Shown: positions 1 through 8,894 of the stretch, piece after piece
Layout of the letters: every line of letters begins with the position of its first letter
Position numbering within the stretch: the stretch's first letter is position 1
Origin: Hydrogenovibrio sp.
GTDB taxonomy: Bacteria > Pseudomonadota > Gammaproteobacteria > Thiomicrospirales > Thiomicrospiraceae
NCBI GenBank assembly: GCA_015484555.1
Contig: WFMZ01000071.1
Coordinates: forward strand, 1,078 to 65,077
Length of the DNA: 64,000 nucleotides
Direction: 5' to 3'
Position numbers and translations under genes: made by a program
The notes under the pieces: model-generated
The model's database searches: none
What the model was told of the DNA's origin: nothing
The model's input: the letters and a program-made list of their open reading frames with translations, nothing else

Positions 1-598
1 TATTTATCCAAATAATCCACCATGTCGTGCTTCTAAAAATCTTAATATTTTTATCATGGCAAACCTCCAAATAAGCTAAAAAAGAAGACGTTAAAAAGAG
101 TATTGACCCAAGAAGGTTTGGTATCCAAACAAGAAGATTCTTTATTTCCATACTCAAAGAGATGAAAATCGCAGAAAATGTTGACAGATTAAAGAGAAGT
201 GTACCCACAAATTGGGTAGCACTAGATACATACCCCAGATTATAAGGGCGAAAACGCCACCAAAACCAAACAGAGTGTTTATTATAAAGGTGTTCAAGGT
301 GTGTAATATCAAAATTAATTGATTCTAAATACTGTAAATATGCAGCAGATGTAAAAAAGATAGAACCTATAAAATAAAAAATACTTATACTAAAAGTGGA
401 AAATACAGGGTAAATATCTAGCGAGGAAAAAGAAGCAAAAGCAAACCAAAAAGAGCCTATCATAAAAAGCGTCGCAATCCATGAAGAGAGCTCTCGTTTA
501 GAAGAAAAAAGTGATTTTCTCAACTCTCTTGATGTGTAACAAACAGCACCATTCTTCATAGCTTGGGTGATAAATGGACCTAACTTTTTATAATACAT
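1..598 (-). CDS. hypothetical polytopic membrane protein, 3' end cut by the window edge
   Basis: My own minus-strand translation from ATG 598-596 (MYYKKLGPFITQAMKNGAVCYTSRELRK..FWFAFASF..IFYFIGSIFFTSAAYLQYLE..LLGSILFLTSSFLAYLEVCH..) stays open to base 1. It is missing from the ORF track, presumably because no stop lies in the window. It has several hydrophobic helices. No family recognised. Confidence 0.45.
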   Translation of the reverse strand, partial: MYYKKLGPFITQAMKNGAVCYTSRELRKSLFSSKRELSSWIATLFMIGSFWFAFASFSSLDIYPVFSTFSISIFYFIGSIFFTSAAYLQYLESINFDITHLEHLYNKHSVWFWWRFRPYNLGYVSSATQFVGTLLFNLSTFSAIFISLSMEIKNLLVWIPNLLGSILFLTSSFLAYLEVCHDKNIKIFRSTTWWIIWIN

Positions 599-655
599 CC
601 TTTACTCTCTAAGGCAATGAAAAGCCTCATTTTAACCACTATTAAAAGTAGTTAC

Positions 656-760
656 TTAAGTTAAATATAGCTTATATACTGGTGGCATACCACCAATCGC
701 TGAATGGGGTCGTTTATTATGATAGCTCCATAGCCTTTCACGACTTGTTTTGAGCCTGTT
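656..760 (-). mobile_element. remnant of a transposase C-terminus (rve integrase-core end, IS481/IS3-like)
   Basis: Minus-strand frame reads NRLKTSRERLWSYHNKRPHSAIGGMPPVYKLYLT* between a TAG (761-763) and the stop at 656-658. The YN..RPHSA(L/I)GG..P motif is the typical end of DDE/rve transposases. Only about 34 codons remain. Confidence 0.5.
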
Positions 761-866
761 CTATACTGCTAAAAGTGAAGTATCAACAGTTATAGATCGT
801 TGGGGTGATTACACAACTATTAAGCTAAAAATGCTATTATATAAGAAAATTTAATTAGGAAATATT

Positions 867-2261
867 ATGTTACACAAACGAGTACACCAAGACATTATAA
901 AAGCGCAAGAAAATGACCCTGTATATGGTGGTAGAGGACTCTCGCATCAAGCTCCAAAGTTCAACATCCCTGCTCAAGAGATAAAACCTCAAGATGCATA
1001 TCAAATGGTTCATGATGAGTTAATGCTCGATGGAAACTCTAGGCTTAATCTTGCCACATTTGTAACAACGTGGATAGAACCAGAAGCAAAACAGCTTATG
1101 GATGAAACTTTTGATAAAAATATGATTGATAAAGATGAGTATCCACAAACGGCTGAGCTAGAGATGCGCTGTACCAATATCTTATCGGATCTTTTTCACG
1201 CATACACAGATGATGAACAAGAAGCATGTGGCTGCTCTACTATAGGTTCAAGTGAAGCTGCTATGTTAGCTGGCATGGCGATGAAATGGAACTGGCGAAA
1301 GAAACGAAAAGCTCAAGGAAAAGATACAAGCCAACCAAATATGGTCGTCGGGGCTGATGTGCAAGTATGTTGGGATAAATTTTGTGTCTATTGGGATATA
1401 GAGATGCGTACTGTTTTGATGAGTAAAGAGAACAACTATCAATTCCAAGCAGAGAAAGCCATAGAATTATGTGATGAAAATACTATTTGTGTTTTAGGTA
1501 TTTTAGGGACAACTTACACCGGTGAATATCAAGATATTCAAGCCTTAGATACTCTTCTTAATATCTATAATAAAAAGACTGGTTATGATATTCCTATCCA
1601 TGTTGATGCTGCAAGTGGTGGTTTTATCGCTCCATTTTTAGAGCCCGAATTGCTATGGGATTTTCGTTTAAAATGGGTACACTCTATCAATGTTTCTGGG
1701 CACAAATTTGGTCTTGTCGCTCCAGGTCTTGGATGGGCTATGTGGAAGGATTGGTCACTCCTTCCTGAAGAACTTATCTTTCATGTCAATTATCTTGGCG
1801 GGGATATGCCGACATTTGCCTTAAACTTTTCTCGCCCAGGCTCGCAAGTAATCTCACAATATTATAATTTTGTACGTTTAGGTTTTGAAGGCTATAAAAA
1901 AGTCCATAAATCCTGTTTAAATGTGGCACTTTTTATTCGTGATGAGCTCATTAAATCTGACCTATTTGAACCTATTATCAATAATATAAGAATGCCCTTA
2001 CTTGCTTTCAAACTCAAAGATAAAAAAGATTTTAGTGTGTATCATATTTCTGATAAGTTGCGTTATCATGGTTGGCAGGTTCCAGCATATACTCTTCCCC
2101 AAAATTGTGAAGATGTAGCTATTTTACGAATTGTAGTTAAAGAAGGCTTTGATTATGACTTGGCAACACTTCTTTTACGACATCTTAACGAAGCTGTAGA
2201 AGAGCTTGAAACACAAACAAAAGATACCCATAAACCTCAAATAAATACAAAGATCTGTTAG
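867..2261 (+). CDS. gadB: glutamate decarboxylase (PLP-dependent, group II)
   Basis: 464 aa. Has the N-terminal DELMLDGNSRLNLATFVTTW block and the PLP-lysine motif SINVSGHKFG. Length is typical of bacterial Gad. Confidence 0.9.
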   Translation: MLHKRVHQDIIKAQENDPVYGGRGLSHQAPKFNIPAQEIKPQDAYQMVHDELMLDGNSRLNLATFVTTWIEPEAKQLMDETFDKNMIDKDEYPQTAELEMRCTNILSDLFHAYTDDEQEACGCSTIGSSEAAMLAGMAMKWNWRKKRKAQGKDTSQPNMVVGADVQVCWDKFCVYWDIEMRTVLMSKENNYQFQAEKAIELCDENTICVLGILGTTYTGEYQDIQALDTLLNIYNKKTGYDIPIHVDAASGGFIAPFLEPELLWDFRLKWVHSINVSGHKFGLVAPGLGWAMWKDWSLLPEELIFHVNYLGGDMPTFALNFSRPGSQVISQYYNFVRLGFEGYKKVHKSCLNVALFIRDELIKSDLFEPIINNIRMPLLAFKLKDKKDFSVYHISDKLRYHGWQVPAYTLPQNCEDVAILRIVVKEGFDYDLATLLLRHLNEAVEELETQTKDTHKPQINTKIC

Positions 2262-2353
2262 AAAAGAGGGTGATGCATAGCTTCAGATAGACAGGGTGTT
2301 ACAGAAATTAAAACGATAGAAGTCATACCTGAATCTGGAGAATAGTATTTTGA

Positions 2354-2584
2354 AGTCGCCATTCAGCCAAAATACAGTGGCATATCCTAAAGAAAGCCAC
2401 TGCGGGCTTTAAGTCTCAGGAAAATCGGACTAATGATGGATACTCATAGGTTAAAATTCAAAAACTACAACATATTTCATATTAAGAGCCTGTAATGATT
2501 AAAATAAACGATTACCCTAGAAAGAAAATTAACTACAAAAATCCAGCCAAATTAATGGCCGAACACATGACTATAACTGCCTAA
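2354..2584 (+). pseudogene. degraded IS30-family transposase C-terminal fragment
   Basis: A single frame reads ..GFKSQENRTNDGYS*VKIQKLQHISY*EPVMIKINDYPRKKINYKNPAKLMAEHMTITA*. The I-N-x-x-P-R-K-x-(L/I)-x-Y-K-x-P ending is the IS30 transposase signature. Two in-frame stops (2447-2449, 2483-2485) interrupt it, and there is no upstream catalytic domain. Confidence 0.5.
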
Positions 2585-2631
2585 TGGTTAGGCACTTCAG
2601 TGTTAAGCTTGTCACTTTTTAAGGAAGAGCT

Positions 2632-4167
2632 ATGCGTTTAATATTTATTATCTTGCTTTTTCCTACTGCAATCTTTGCACAAAATATCACCATAGCCGTA
2701 GATGCTATTCAAGGACAAGAACAAGCTATACAACAATGGCAACCTACCATTAAATACTTAAACAAAAAACTTCCTCAATACCAATTTAAACTACAGCCTT
2801 TTTTACCAAATACATTTTCAGCATTAAAAAAATCCATCAAGGAGAATAAAGTTGACTTTGTTATCTCTCCTCCAGCTATGTATGTTGACCTAGAGGTTAC
2901 ATTGGGTGTATCAAAAATTCTCACTTTAGTAACACAAAATCATTTAACTCAATTTGGTTCTGTACTAATTGCGAGTAAAGCATCACATATTACAAAACTC
3001 TCTCAGATAACTAAAAATACTAAACTCTCAGCAGTGGCTCCTCTTGGTTTTGGAGGTTGGCTTATCGGTTACGACACACTCAAAAAACATCATATTAATT
3101 TTAATAAAAAAGATATTTTATTTTTAGGTACGCAACAGAAAGTAGTAGATGCAGTCATTCACAATAAAACAGATATTGGTGTTATACGCACAGGTATCTT
3201 AGAAACCTTGGTGGCGAAAAAACAAATAGACTTAAGTAATATTACTATTTTAAATCCACAAAAATATAAAAAATTTCCCTATATCTGTAGTTCAAAATTA
3301 TACCCAGAATGGGCTTTTTCAAAAACAAATAATATAAATAACAACGTATCAAGACAAGTAGCACTTGCCTTACTAACACTGCCGACTAGTGAAGGTAAAA
3401 ACAATATGGTTTATCACTACCAGTGGACAGTTCCTTATGATTATAAAAGTGTACGAGATTTAATGCAAAGGTTAGAAGTAGGTCCCTATGCAAATCAAAA
3501 TGACAAATATATTATTAAACTTATTAATCAACATAAAGAACTCTTTTATTCTGCTATCTTGATATTTATCTTAGTTATTTTATTTTTAATTTATACTAAG
3601 TATTTAAATATTAAACTTCAAGAAGAGACGAAAGCAAAAGAGCTTTTGCTTCAAAAAATAAAGGATATTGCTTACTATGATGTATTGACCAAGATACCCA
3701 ATAGATTGAGTGTTATAGAGTCTTTTGAACATGCATTAGCAAATTCACAAAGAAGTAAAACCGATTTAACAGTCATGTTTATAGACTTGGATGGTTTTAA
3801 AACTATCAATGATACTCTTGGTCACGAGACTGGAGATAGGGTATTAAAAGAGGTAGCAAATATTTTCAAAACAATATTGCGAAGAAACGACCTTTATGGG
3901 CGATTGGGAGGAGATGAGTTTATTATCATCGCTTCAGATTTACAAACAGAACAAAACATTAAGATAATTACCCTCAAAATTTTAAGTGCAATCAACAAAA
4001 TTTCCTTACCTCCCCCTCTTAATAAAGAGTTTGGTGCAAGTATAGGTATCATTAATATAGTCCCTATTAGAGAGACAAATACTGAATATTTACTACATGA
4101 AGCTGATAACCTTATGTATGAAATAAAACGCCAGGGCAAAAATAATTATAAAACGAAATTTTTATAG
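2632..4167 (+). CDS. diguanylate cyclase with periplasmic substrate-binding-like sensor domain
   Basis: Has a signal peptide, a PhnD/SBP-like periplasmic region and one TM (LFYSAILIFILVILFLIYT). The C-terminal GGDEF domain carries RLGGDEF and an RxxD I-site (RRND) 5 residues upstream. Confidence 0.85.
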   Translation: MRLIFIILLFPTAIFAQNITIAVDAIQGQEQAIQQWQPTIKYLNKKLPQYQFKLQPFLPNTFSALKKSIKENKVDFVISPPAMYVDLEVTLGVSKILTLVTQNHLTQFGSVLIASKASHITKLSQITKNTKLSAVAPLGFGGWLIGYDTLKKHHINFNKKDILFLGTQQKVVDAVIHNKTDIGVIRTGILETLVAKKQIDLSNITILNPQKYKKFPYICSSKLYPEWAFSKTNNINNNVSRQVALALLTLPTSEGKNNMVYHYQWTVPYDYKSVRDLMQRLEVGPYANQNDKYIIKLINQHKELFYSAILIFILVILFLIYTKYLNIKLQEETKAKELLLQKIKDIAYYDVLTKIPNRLSVIESFEHALANSQRSKTDLTVMFIDLDGFKTINDTLGHETGDRVLKEVANIFKTILRRNDLYGRLGGDEFIIIASDLQTEQNIKIITLKILSAINKISLPPPLNKEFGASIGIINIVPIRETNTEYLLHEADNLMYEIKRQGKNNYKTKFL

Positions 4168-4191
4168 ATGGAATTAAAGAATCTTAAACCC

Positions 4192-4212
4192 AAAAAATGC
4201 CAGGGATGGTCT
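4192..4212 (-). repeat. degenerate copy of the REP-like core (reverse orientation)
   Basis: AAAAAATGCCAGGGATGGTCT compared with the reverse-orientation consensus AAAAATCGCCAGGGGTGGGTC. It lies in the convergent spacer between the GGDEF gene and the secreted-protein gene. Confidence 0.3.
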
Positions 4213-4235
4213 ACACAAATAACCCAACTGCCACC

Positions 4236-4712
4236 TTATTTAAAATTATAATTGGGACTGGTAGTAACAGGTTTTGGGAAGTCTTGAACTTTACACCACT
4301 TATAACCTTCTTTTTGATAGTAACCTGTCATTTTTTTCTTAACCACTTTCGCCTGATAACAGTTTTCATAGCTTCCTGATATCTGCCATAAATCGTAGTG
4401 ATTTTTGTCTTTAACTTGATTACCATATCGATAGGTTTTGGTTTTGTATATTTTTAACGTCCCCTCTTTAAGCACTTCGTAGTTATAAATAGACTGAGTG
4501 GTTTGGTTTTTAACATAGCCCTGTTTATTAAAAATAAGCGTATAAACCTCGCCCCTTTTTCGAGAAAACTCTGAGCCAAAAGAAGTAAACCCATTTAATT
4601 CAAGAGAGGAAACCTCCCAAACGCCCAGTATGTTTTCAGTGCTATAGGCCTGTATTTGTGATTGGGCGTGCGAGGTTAAAGGCAGTAACACTAGAATCAG
4701 AAAATATCTCAT
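4236..4712 (-). CDS. hypothetical secreted protein
   Basis: Signal peptide MRYFLILVLLPLTSHA. The mature part is beta-rich, Tyr/Lys-rich and has two Cys. Its ATG overlaps the stop of the upstream gene (ATGA at 4709-4712). No family recognised. Confidence 0.6.
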   Translation of the reverse strand: MRYFLILVLLPLTSHAQSQIQAYSTENILGVWEVSSLELNGFTSFGSEFSRKRGEVYTLIFNKQGYVKNQTTQSIYNYEVLKEGTLKIYKTKTYRYGNQVKDKNHYDLWQISGSYENCYQAKVVKKKMTGYYQKEGYKWCKVQDFPKPVTTSPNYNFK

Positions 4713-5728
4713 TCCTTATCCTTAAGCGCTTTCTGTCTTTGTTTAATCACTCGGTAAGCCGATATTTGATGGTTTTCTTTTAATCTTTTTTCATCCCAAA
4801 AACCGATATCTTCAATCACCTCATCGGTAGCAGAATCTTTAATTAAAGCTGCCAGTGCTTTAGAGTAGCCTTTATCGAGCGAGCCTAGGTTATCCATAAT
4901 CCATGACAACTCGTAATCAAGCAAATACAACTTTGGCTGATGATTCAATTTGGCTAATTTTTGCTTGGCTCTAAAGCCTTCTATACTTTTCGCGGCAGGT
5001 AACTCAAGATAGTTGTAGCCAAGGTAGTCCATAAATACTTCATTTAATTGGCTCAATACGATATAAGGAATGGAAGAAGTTAGCTCTTTTAAAAAATTAA
5101 GCCTTTTGTCGACTCTTGCATCAAAAGAGGATTTAAAGTTCTTTTTGGTTAAATCTTCAGCCACGTCAGGGTAAGCAATATTATTTTCTCGGTTATCAAG
5201 TTGGTTTACCTCTATTTTATACACATAGTTCAGTCCAACAAATACTGTCGCCATTACGTAAAGGGCAATTGCCACCTTACTTGTCACTATTCGCCATGTC
5301 ATTCGCAAAATACCCATCGCTAAAAAAGGCAAAAATCGGTATTGAAGAATGAACAATAAGGTAATCACCCCAAAGGTAATCACAATGGGCCAAGCATCAT
5401 TTATATCACCATTATTCAGGAATATCATTGCAATAATATAAGCATACACAGCGGCTATCATAGAGGCGATGATACGGAATGGCTTCGTATTGATATTCCC
5501 TTTTCTAGGGTGAATCCAACGGTGTCGATAACCAGAAAATACAAACCATAACAGTAGAATTAAAGGTGCGGCCAAAGCAGCAACCATAGCGGCTATCACG
5601 ACAGCTATTAGCGCACCTACCCCTCCACCACCGCCACCAAGACCGGTTATTGCAGAACCGTGTTCTGTTTTATATTCTGGTACGGCGGTATCGTCATCAT
5701 AATAAGCCTTACCGCCTTTGTAGTTCAT
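4709..5728 (-). CDS. hypothetical membrane protein (Gly6 tract, about 4 TM helices, C-terminal soluble domain)
   Basis: The ORF track starts it at 5830, but the first 34 codons are encoded by a REP-like repeat copy (5801-5850). ATG at 5728-5726 (MNYKGGKAYYDDD..) has an AAGGA about 9 nt upstream. Has GLGGGGGGVGALIAVVIAAMVAALAAPLILLLWFVF and further hydrophobic helices. Confidence 0.55.
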   Translation of the reverse strand: MNYKGGKAYYDDDTAVPEYKTEHGSAITGLGGGGGGVGALIAVVIAAMVAALAAPLILLLWFVFSGYRHRWIHPRKGNINTKPFRIIASMIAAVYAYIIAMIFLNNGDINDAWPIVITFGVITLLFILQYRFLPFLAMGILRMTWRIVTSKVAIALYVMATVFVGLNYVYKIEVNQLDNRENNIAYPDVAEDLTKKNFKSSFDARVDKRLNFLKELTSSIPYIVLSQLNEVFMDYLGYNYLELPAAKSIEGFRAKQKLAKLNHQPKLYLLDYELSWIMDNLGSLDKGYSKALAALIKDSATDEVIEDIGFWDEKRLKENHQISAYRVIKQRQKALKDKE

Positions 5729-5800
5729 ATAACTTTTTCCTTGTTTAGTACAGAAGCCTATCTTTATGACAGGCTTTAAATTTAAACTCAATTTAACATT

Positions 5801-5850
5801 CCCAGGCTTAAAAATTACCCTAAAGGGCATAAACGCCAGGGGTGGGTATC
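5801..5850 (-). repeat. REP-like repeat, extended subfamily B (reverse orientation)
   Basis: The reverse complement reads GATACCCACCCCTGGCGTTTATGCCCTTTAGGGTAATTTTTAAGCCTGGG. It is nearly identical over about 35 nt to the copy at 40886-40935. Confidence 0.75.
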
Positions 5851-5868
5851 AAAAATAATTCTTAAGAA

Positions 5869-6759
5869 TTAAGGACTCACCTTGTCACCTGGTTTTGTAT
5901 TCTGTTGAATAGACAAAGCGGGATCTAAACGGACATTAAACCAACTCATGCCCCAGTGAACATGAGGACCTGTTGCTCGACCTGTCATGCCGACTTCTCC
6001 TATTTGCTCACCACGCTTTACTTTATCACCCTTTTTCACATTCACTTTGCTCAGATGCATTACGGTTGAACGTAGTCCATAACCGTGATCAATCATCACG
6101 GTATGCCCACTCAATTCCATATTTTCAACCAAAGTAATTTCCCCATCTGCCGGTGCTAATAAAGGCGCACCTTTAGGCGCGGCAACATCAACCCCAAAAT
6201 GCGGACGTCTTGGTTTACCATTTAACACTCGCTGACTACCGTAAACACCGCTGATAATGCCTTTTGCTGGCCAAGAAAAACCATTTTCAAAATAAGGGGT
6301 TGCTAGATTTATTTTTCGGGCTTTCCTGGCCTTTTTAATGTCTATCCAAATCTTATCTCGTGTTTTTGTATCTGGGCTCACTTTGTTTTTAGGTAAACCA
6401 TTAATTTCTTGTACGTTATAGTGACGTTTCGCAATTTGGATAGTCGCAAGAGTCACCTCACCGGTGATAGAAATGATTTTAAAGTGTTGCTCTGGCTTAT
6501 CATCTCGCCCAAAAGCAATAATGACATGCCCATCCGAATCGGCGATAACTTGCTTTTTTTTATAGTCTACCTTTGCATAAGGTTCAACGGCTAATACAAC
6601 AAATCCTCCTTGCTCAGCATTTCCCTTAATCATATGAAAAGGACTGTCTTTTGCTTGAACTAAGCCAACCGTTGCAACGAAAGACAAACTAACCATCATG
6701 ACCCAAGCTTTCATCATTTTTGGCACCAGAAAGAAAGTATTCAATATTCTTTTTTTCAT
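5869..6759 (-). CDS. M23 family metallopeptidase (LytM domain)
   Basis: Has an N-terminal signal/anchor and a C-terminal HFGVDVAAP...[17 protein letters not shown] (HxH) motif. Its start overlaps the rnhA stop (ATGA at 6756-6759). An alternative start is at MMKAWVMM. Confidence 0.85.
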   Translation of the reverse strand: MKKRILNTFFLVPKMMKAWVMMVSLSFVATVGLVQAKDSPFHMIKGNAEQGGFVVLAVEPYAKVDYKKKQVIADSDGHVIIAFGRDDKPEQHFKIISITGEVTLATIQIAKRHYNVQEINGLPKNKVSPDTKTRDKIWIDIKKARKARKINLATPYFENGFSWPAKGIISGVYGSQRVLNGKPRRPHFGVDVAAPKGAPLLAPADGEITLVENMELSGHTVMIDHGYGLRSTVMHLSKVNVKKGDKVKRGEQIGEVGMTGRATGPHVHWGMSWFNVRLDPALSIQQNTKPGDKVSP

Positions 6760-7193
6760 TTTTGTAACTCATCCATTGCTTGGTTGGCAAGATCATCTAC
6801 CAGTTCATTTTCGGCATGACCTGCATGCCCTTTTACCCAACGCCAATCTACTTTATGGTCTTGCACAGCTTTATCTAAAGCTTGCCATAAATCTTGGTTT
6901 TTAACGGGTTTATTGGCAGCCGTTTTCCAGTTCTTTTTCTTCCAATTTGGCATCCACTGCGTAATACCATTTTGAACATATTTTGAATCGGTGGTTAAGA
7001 TCACATCACAAGGTCGCGTTAAGCTTTCTAACGCCTTAATAGCAGCCGTTAATTCCATTCTGTTATTAGTGGATTCTTTCTCGCCCCCTTTAAGCTCTTT
7101 AGTATGTTCACCCATTCTAAGCAAAGCACCCCAACCGCCTACACCTGGGTTTCCACGACAACCACCATCTGTATATATTTCTACTTGTTGCAT
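6756..7193 (-). CDS. rnhA: ribonuclease HI
   Basis: 145 aa. [60 protein letters not shown] carries all canonical RNase H blocks. Confidence 0.95.
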   Translation of the reverse strand: MQQVEIYTDGGCRGNPGVGGWGALLRMGEHTKELKGGEKESTNNRMELTAAIKALESLTRPCDVILTTDSKYVQNGITQWMPNWKKKNWKTAANKPVKNQDLWQALDKAVQDHKVDWRWVKGHAGHAENELVDDLANQAMDELQK

Positions 7194-7990
7194 GTTTCTC
7201 TCATTTTTTTCTTTAACTTCATTATTTGTGCTTCACTTGACGACACCGGTTTTCGGATTAGCCTTCTATTTTTACTGGGTAGCCAATTGGACAATTGCCA
7301 GTTTAAGCCCACAGGACGAAAGGATTCTATTCTTTTTTTCGCCACAATAACATAGATATTACCAAACTCTACGCCAGCTTTATTGGCTAGCCAAAATAAT
7401 ACACGTTGAAGTTTATCTAACCCAAATCGTTCAGATATAACCGGACGAGGATAATGAATACATTCAAACTCATAACCCAGTACATTCAACCAGTCTACCA
7501 AGCGTTTTTCAGAAACCAAGTGTGCTTGTTTAAAGGCCACTTTATACTGCCAAAATCGTAATTTTAAAACAGTTTTTCCGATAGGGTTAAAACCAGAGAT
7601 AACCAGTCTACCCTCAGGCACAATCATATTATCGACTTGCCTTAATAAATGAAAAGGGTCTTCAACCGTTTCTAAAGTATGGGGCAACACCACCACATCA
7701 ATACTGTCATTTTTAAAAGGCAGATATTCTATATCGGCTTTTAGACGTTGAATGACTTCATCTGCATTAACTGATAAAGAAATCAGATCTGAATCAGCTA
7801 GAACTTTACGACTTATCCTAGAACTACCCAATAAGTTCTGTGGTGTGGTTTGTCCTATTTGCACCAAAAAGTAACCAAAAAGATGACTTAAACTGTGCTT
7901 TAGCAAAGCCTGTTCTTCTTGCAAGAGAGCTTGTCCTTGATCGGTTGAATAAAAACGCCTTAAAAAGGCTTGAAAAGTTAGATTACGCAT
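7181..7990 (-). CDS. class I SAM-dependent methyltransferase (YafS-like)
   Basis: 269 aa. Sits between gloB and rnhA, like the methyltransferase gene in enterobacterial/pseudomonad synteny (from memory). [10 protein letters not shown] and LVISGFNP blocks are typical of Methyltransf_11. Its 3' end overlaps the rnhA start by 13 nt. Confidence 0.7.
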   Translation of the reverse strand: MRNLTFQAFLRRFYSTDQGQALLQEEQALLKHSLSHLFGYFLVQIGQTTPQNLLGSSRISRKVLADSDLISLSVNADEVIQRLKADIEYLPFKNDSIDVVVLPHTLETVEDPFHLLRQVDNMIVPEGRLVISGFNPIGKTVLKLRFWQYKVAFKQAHLVSEKRLVDWLNVLGYEFECIHYPRPVISERFGLDKLQRVLFWLANKAGVEFGNIYVIVAKKRIESFRPVGLNWQLSNWLPSKNRRLIRKPVSSSEAQIMKLKKKMRETCNK

Positions 7991-8078
7991 ACTGTGTTAG
8001 CCTATTTTTGCTAAAATACCTTTTTAAAGTCTTAAATACTGAATACTTTAATTTTAGCTTATATTACCTGGGGAATTT

Positions 8079-8894
8079 ATGGAAATTGTTGGCCTACCAA
8101 CTGACTACGACAATTATATTTGGGTCATTAGGTCAAAGGCAGATGCTAAGCTTGCCTGGGTAGTTGATCCTGGCGAAAGCCACCGAGTCATCCCTTATTT
8201 TCAAGAACATAATTTAACCCTAGCAGGCATTCTTCTAACCCATCACCATTACGATCATACGGATGGTATTGTAGATATTTTGGCTACACTAGGAAATGCC
8301 CCTGTTATCAGTAACCAACGCGGCCCTTTTAAGCTTGTTTCTCAACATGTTGAAGCAGGTGAAGTCATCTCCATTGCTGACCATGACTTTGAAATTTTAG
8401 CTACCCCTGGTCACACACATGAACATATTGCTTTTTACCACCCAGAAGCCCTTTTTTGTGGCGATGTTTTGTTTACCGCTGGGTGTGGTAAAGCATGGCA
8501 TCAGTCTGCTAAACCAATGGCTGAATCGCTCATTAAGTTACGTAATTTAGATGAAAACTGCTGGGTCTACTGTGGACATGAATATACCTATGGCAACATT
8601 AACTTTGCTGCCATAGCGGAACCTAATAATCCAGATATTTTAGCCAGACAGGCCGAGGTAAAGCGTAAAACTCAACAAGGTATTCCTTGCGTGCCAGAAA
8701 GATTAAGCATCGAAAAAAAGACGAACCCTTTTTTACGATTTGACCAAACTGAGTTAAAACAAACCTTACTAAACCAAAATAAGATTTTTGAAAACTTTAA
8801 AGCAGATGATAATGGCAACCTCTACGCTAGCTTACGTGCTTGGAAAGATAGTTTAGATCAAACAGGTTGTTTAGAAGCTGGGTTAAATGATTAA
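8079..8894 (+). CDS. gloB: hydroxyacylglutathione hydrolase (glyoxalase II)
   Basis: Metallo-beta-lactamase motif THHHYDHTDG, then ATPGHTHEHI and GDVLFTAGCGK. The C-terminal helical domain is typical of GloB. Confidence 0.9.
   Translation: MEIVGLPTDYDNYIWVIRSKADAKLAWVVDPGESHRVIPYFQEHNLTLAGILLTHHHYDHTDGIVDILATLGNAPVISNQRGPFKLVSQHVEAGEVISIADHDFEILATPGHTHEHIAFYHPEALFCGDVLFTAGCGKAWHQSAKPMAESLIKLRNLDENCWVYCGHEYTYGNINFAAIAEPNNPDILARQAEVKRKTQQGIPCVPERLSIEKKTNPFLRFDQTELKQTLLNQNKIFENFKADDNGNLYASLRAWKDSLDQTGCLEAGLND

Noticed and set aside
5857-5870. Perfect 14-nt palindrome AATTCTTAAGAATT overlapping the M23 peptidase stop
   Set aside because: It is purely AT-rich and short, with no adjacent U run or second copy. 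It is plausibly a chance palindrome in AT-rich DNA.
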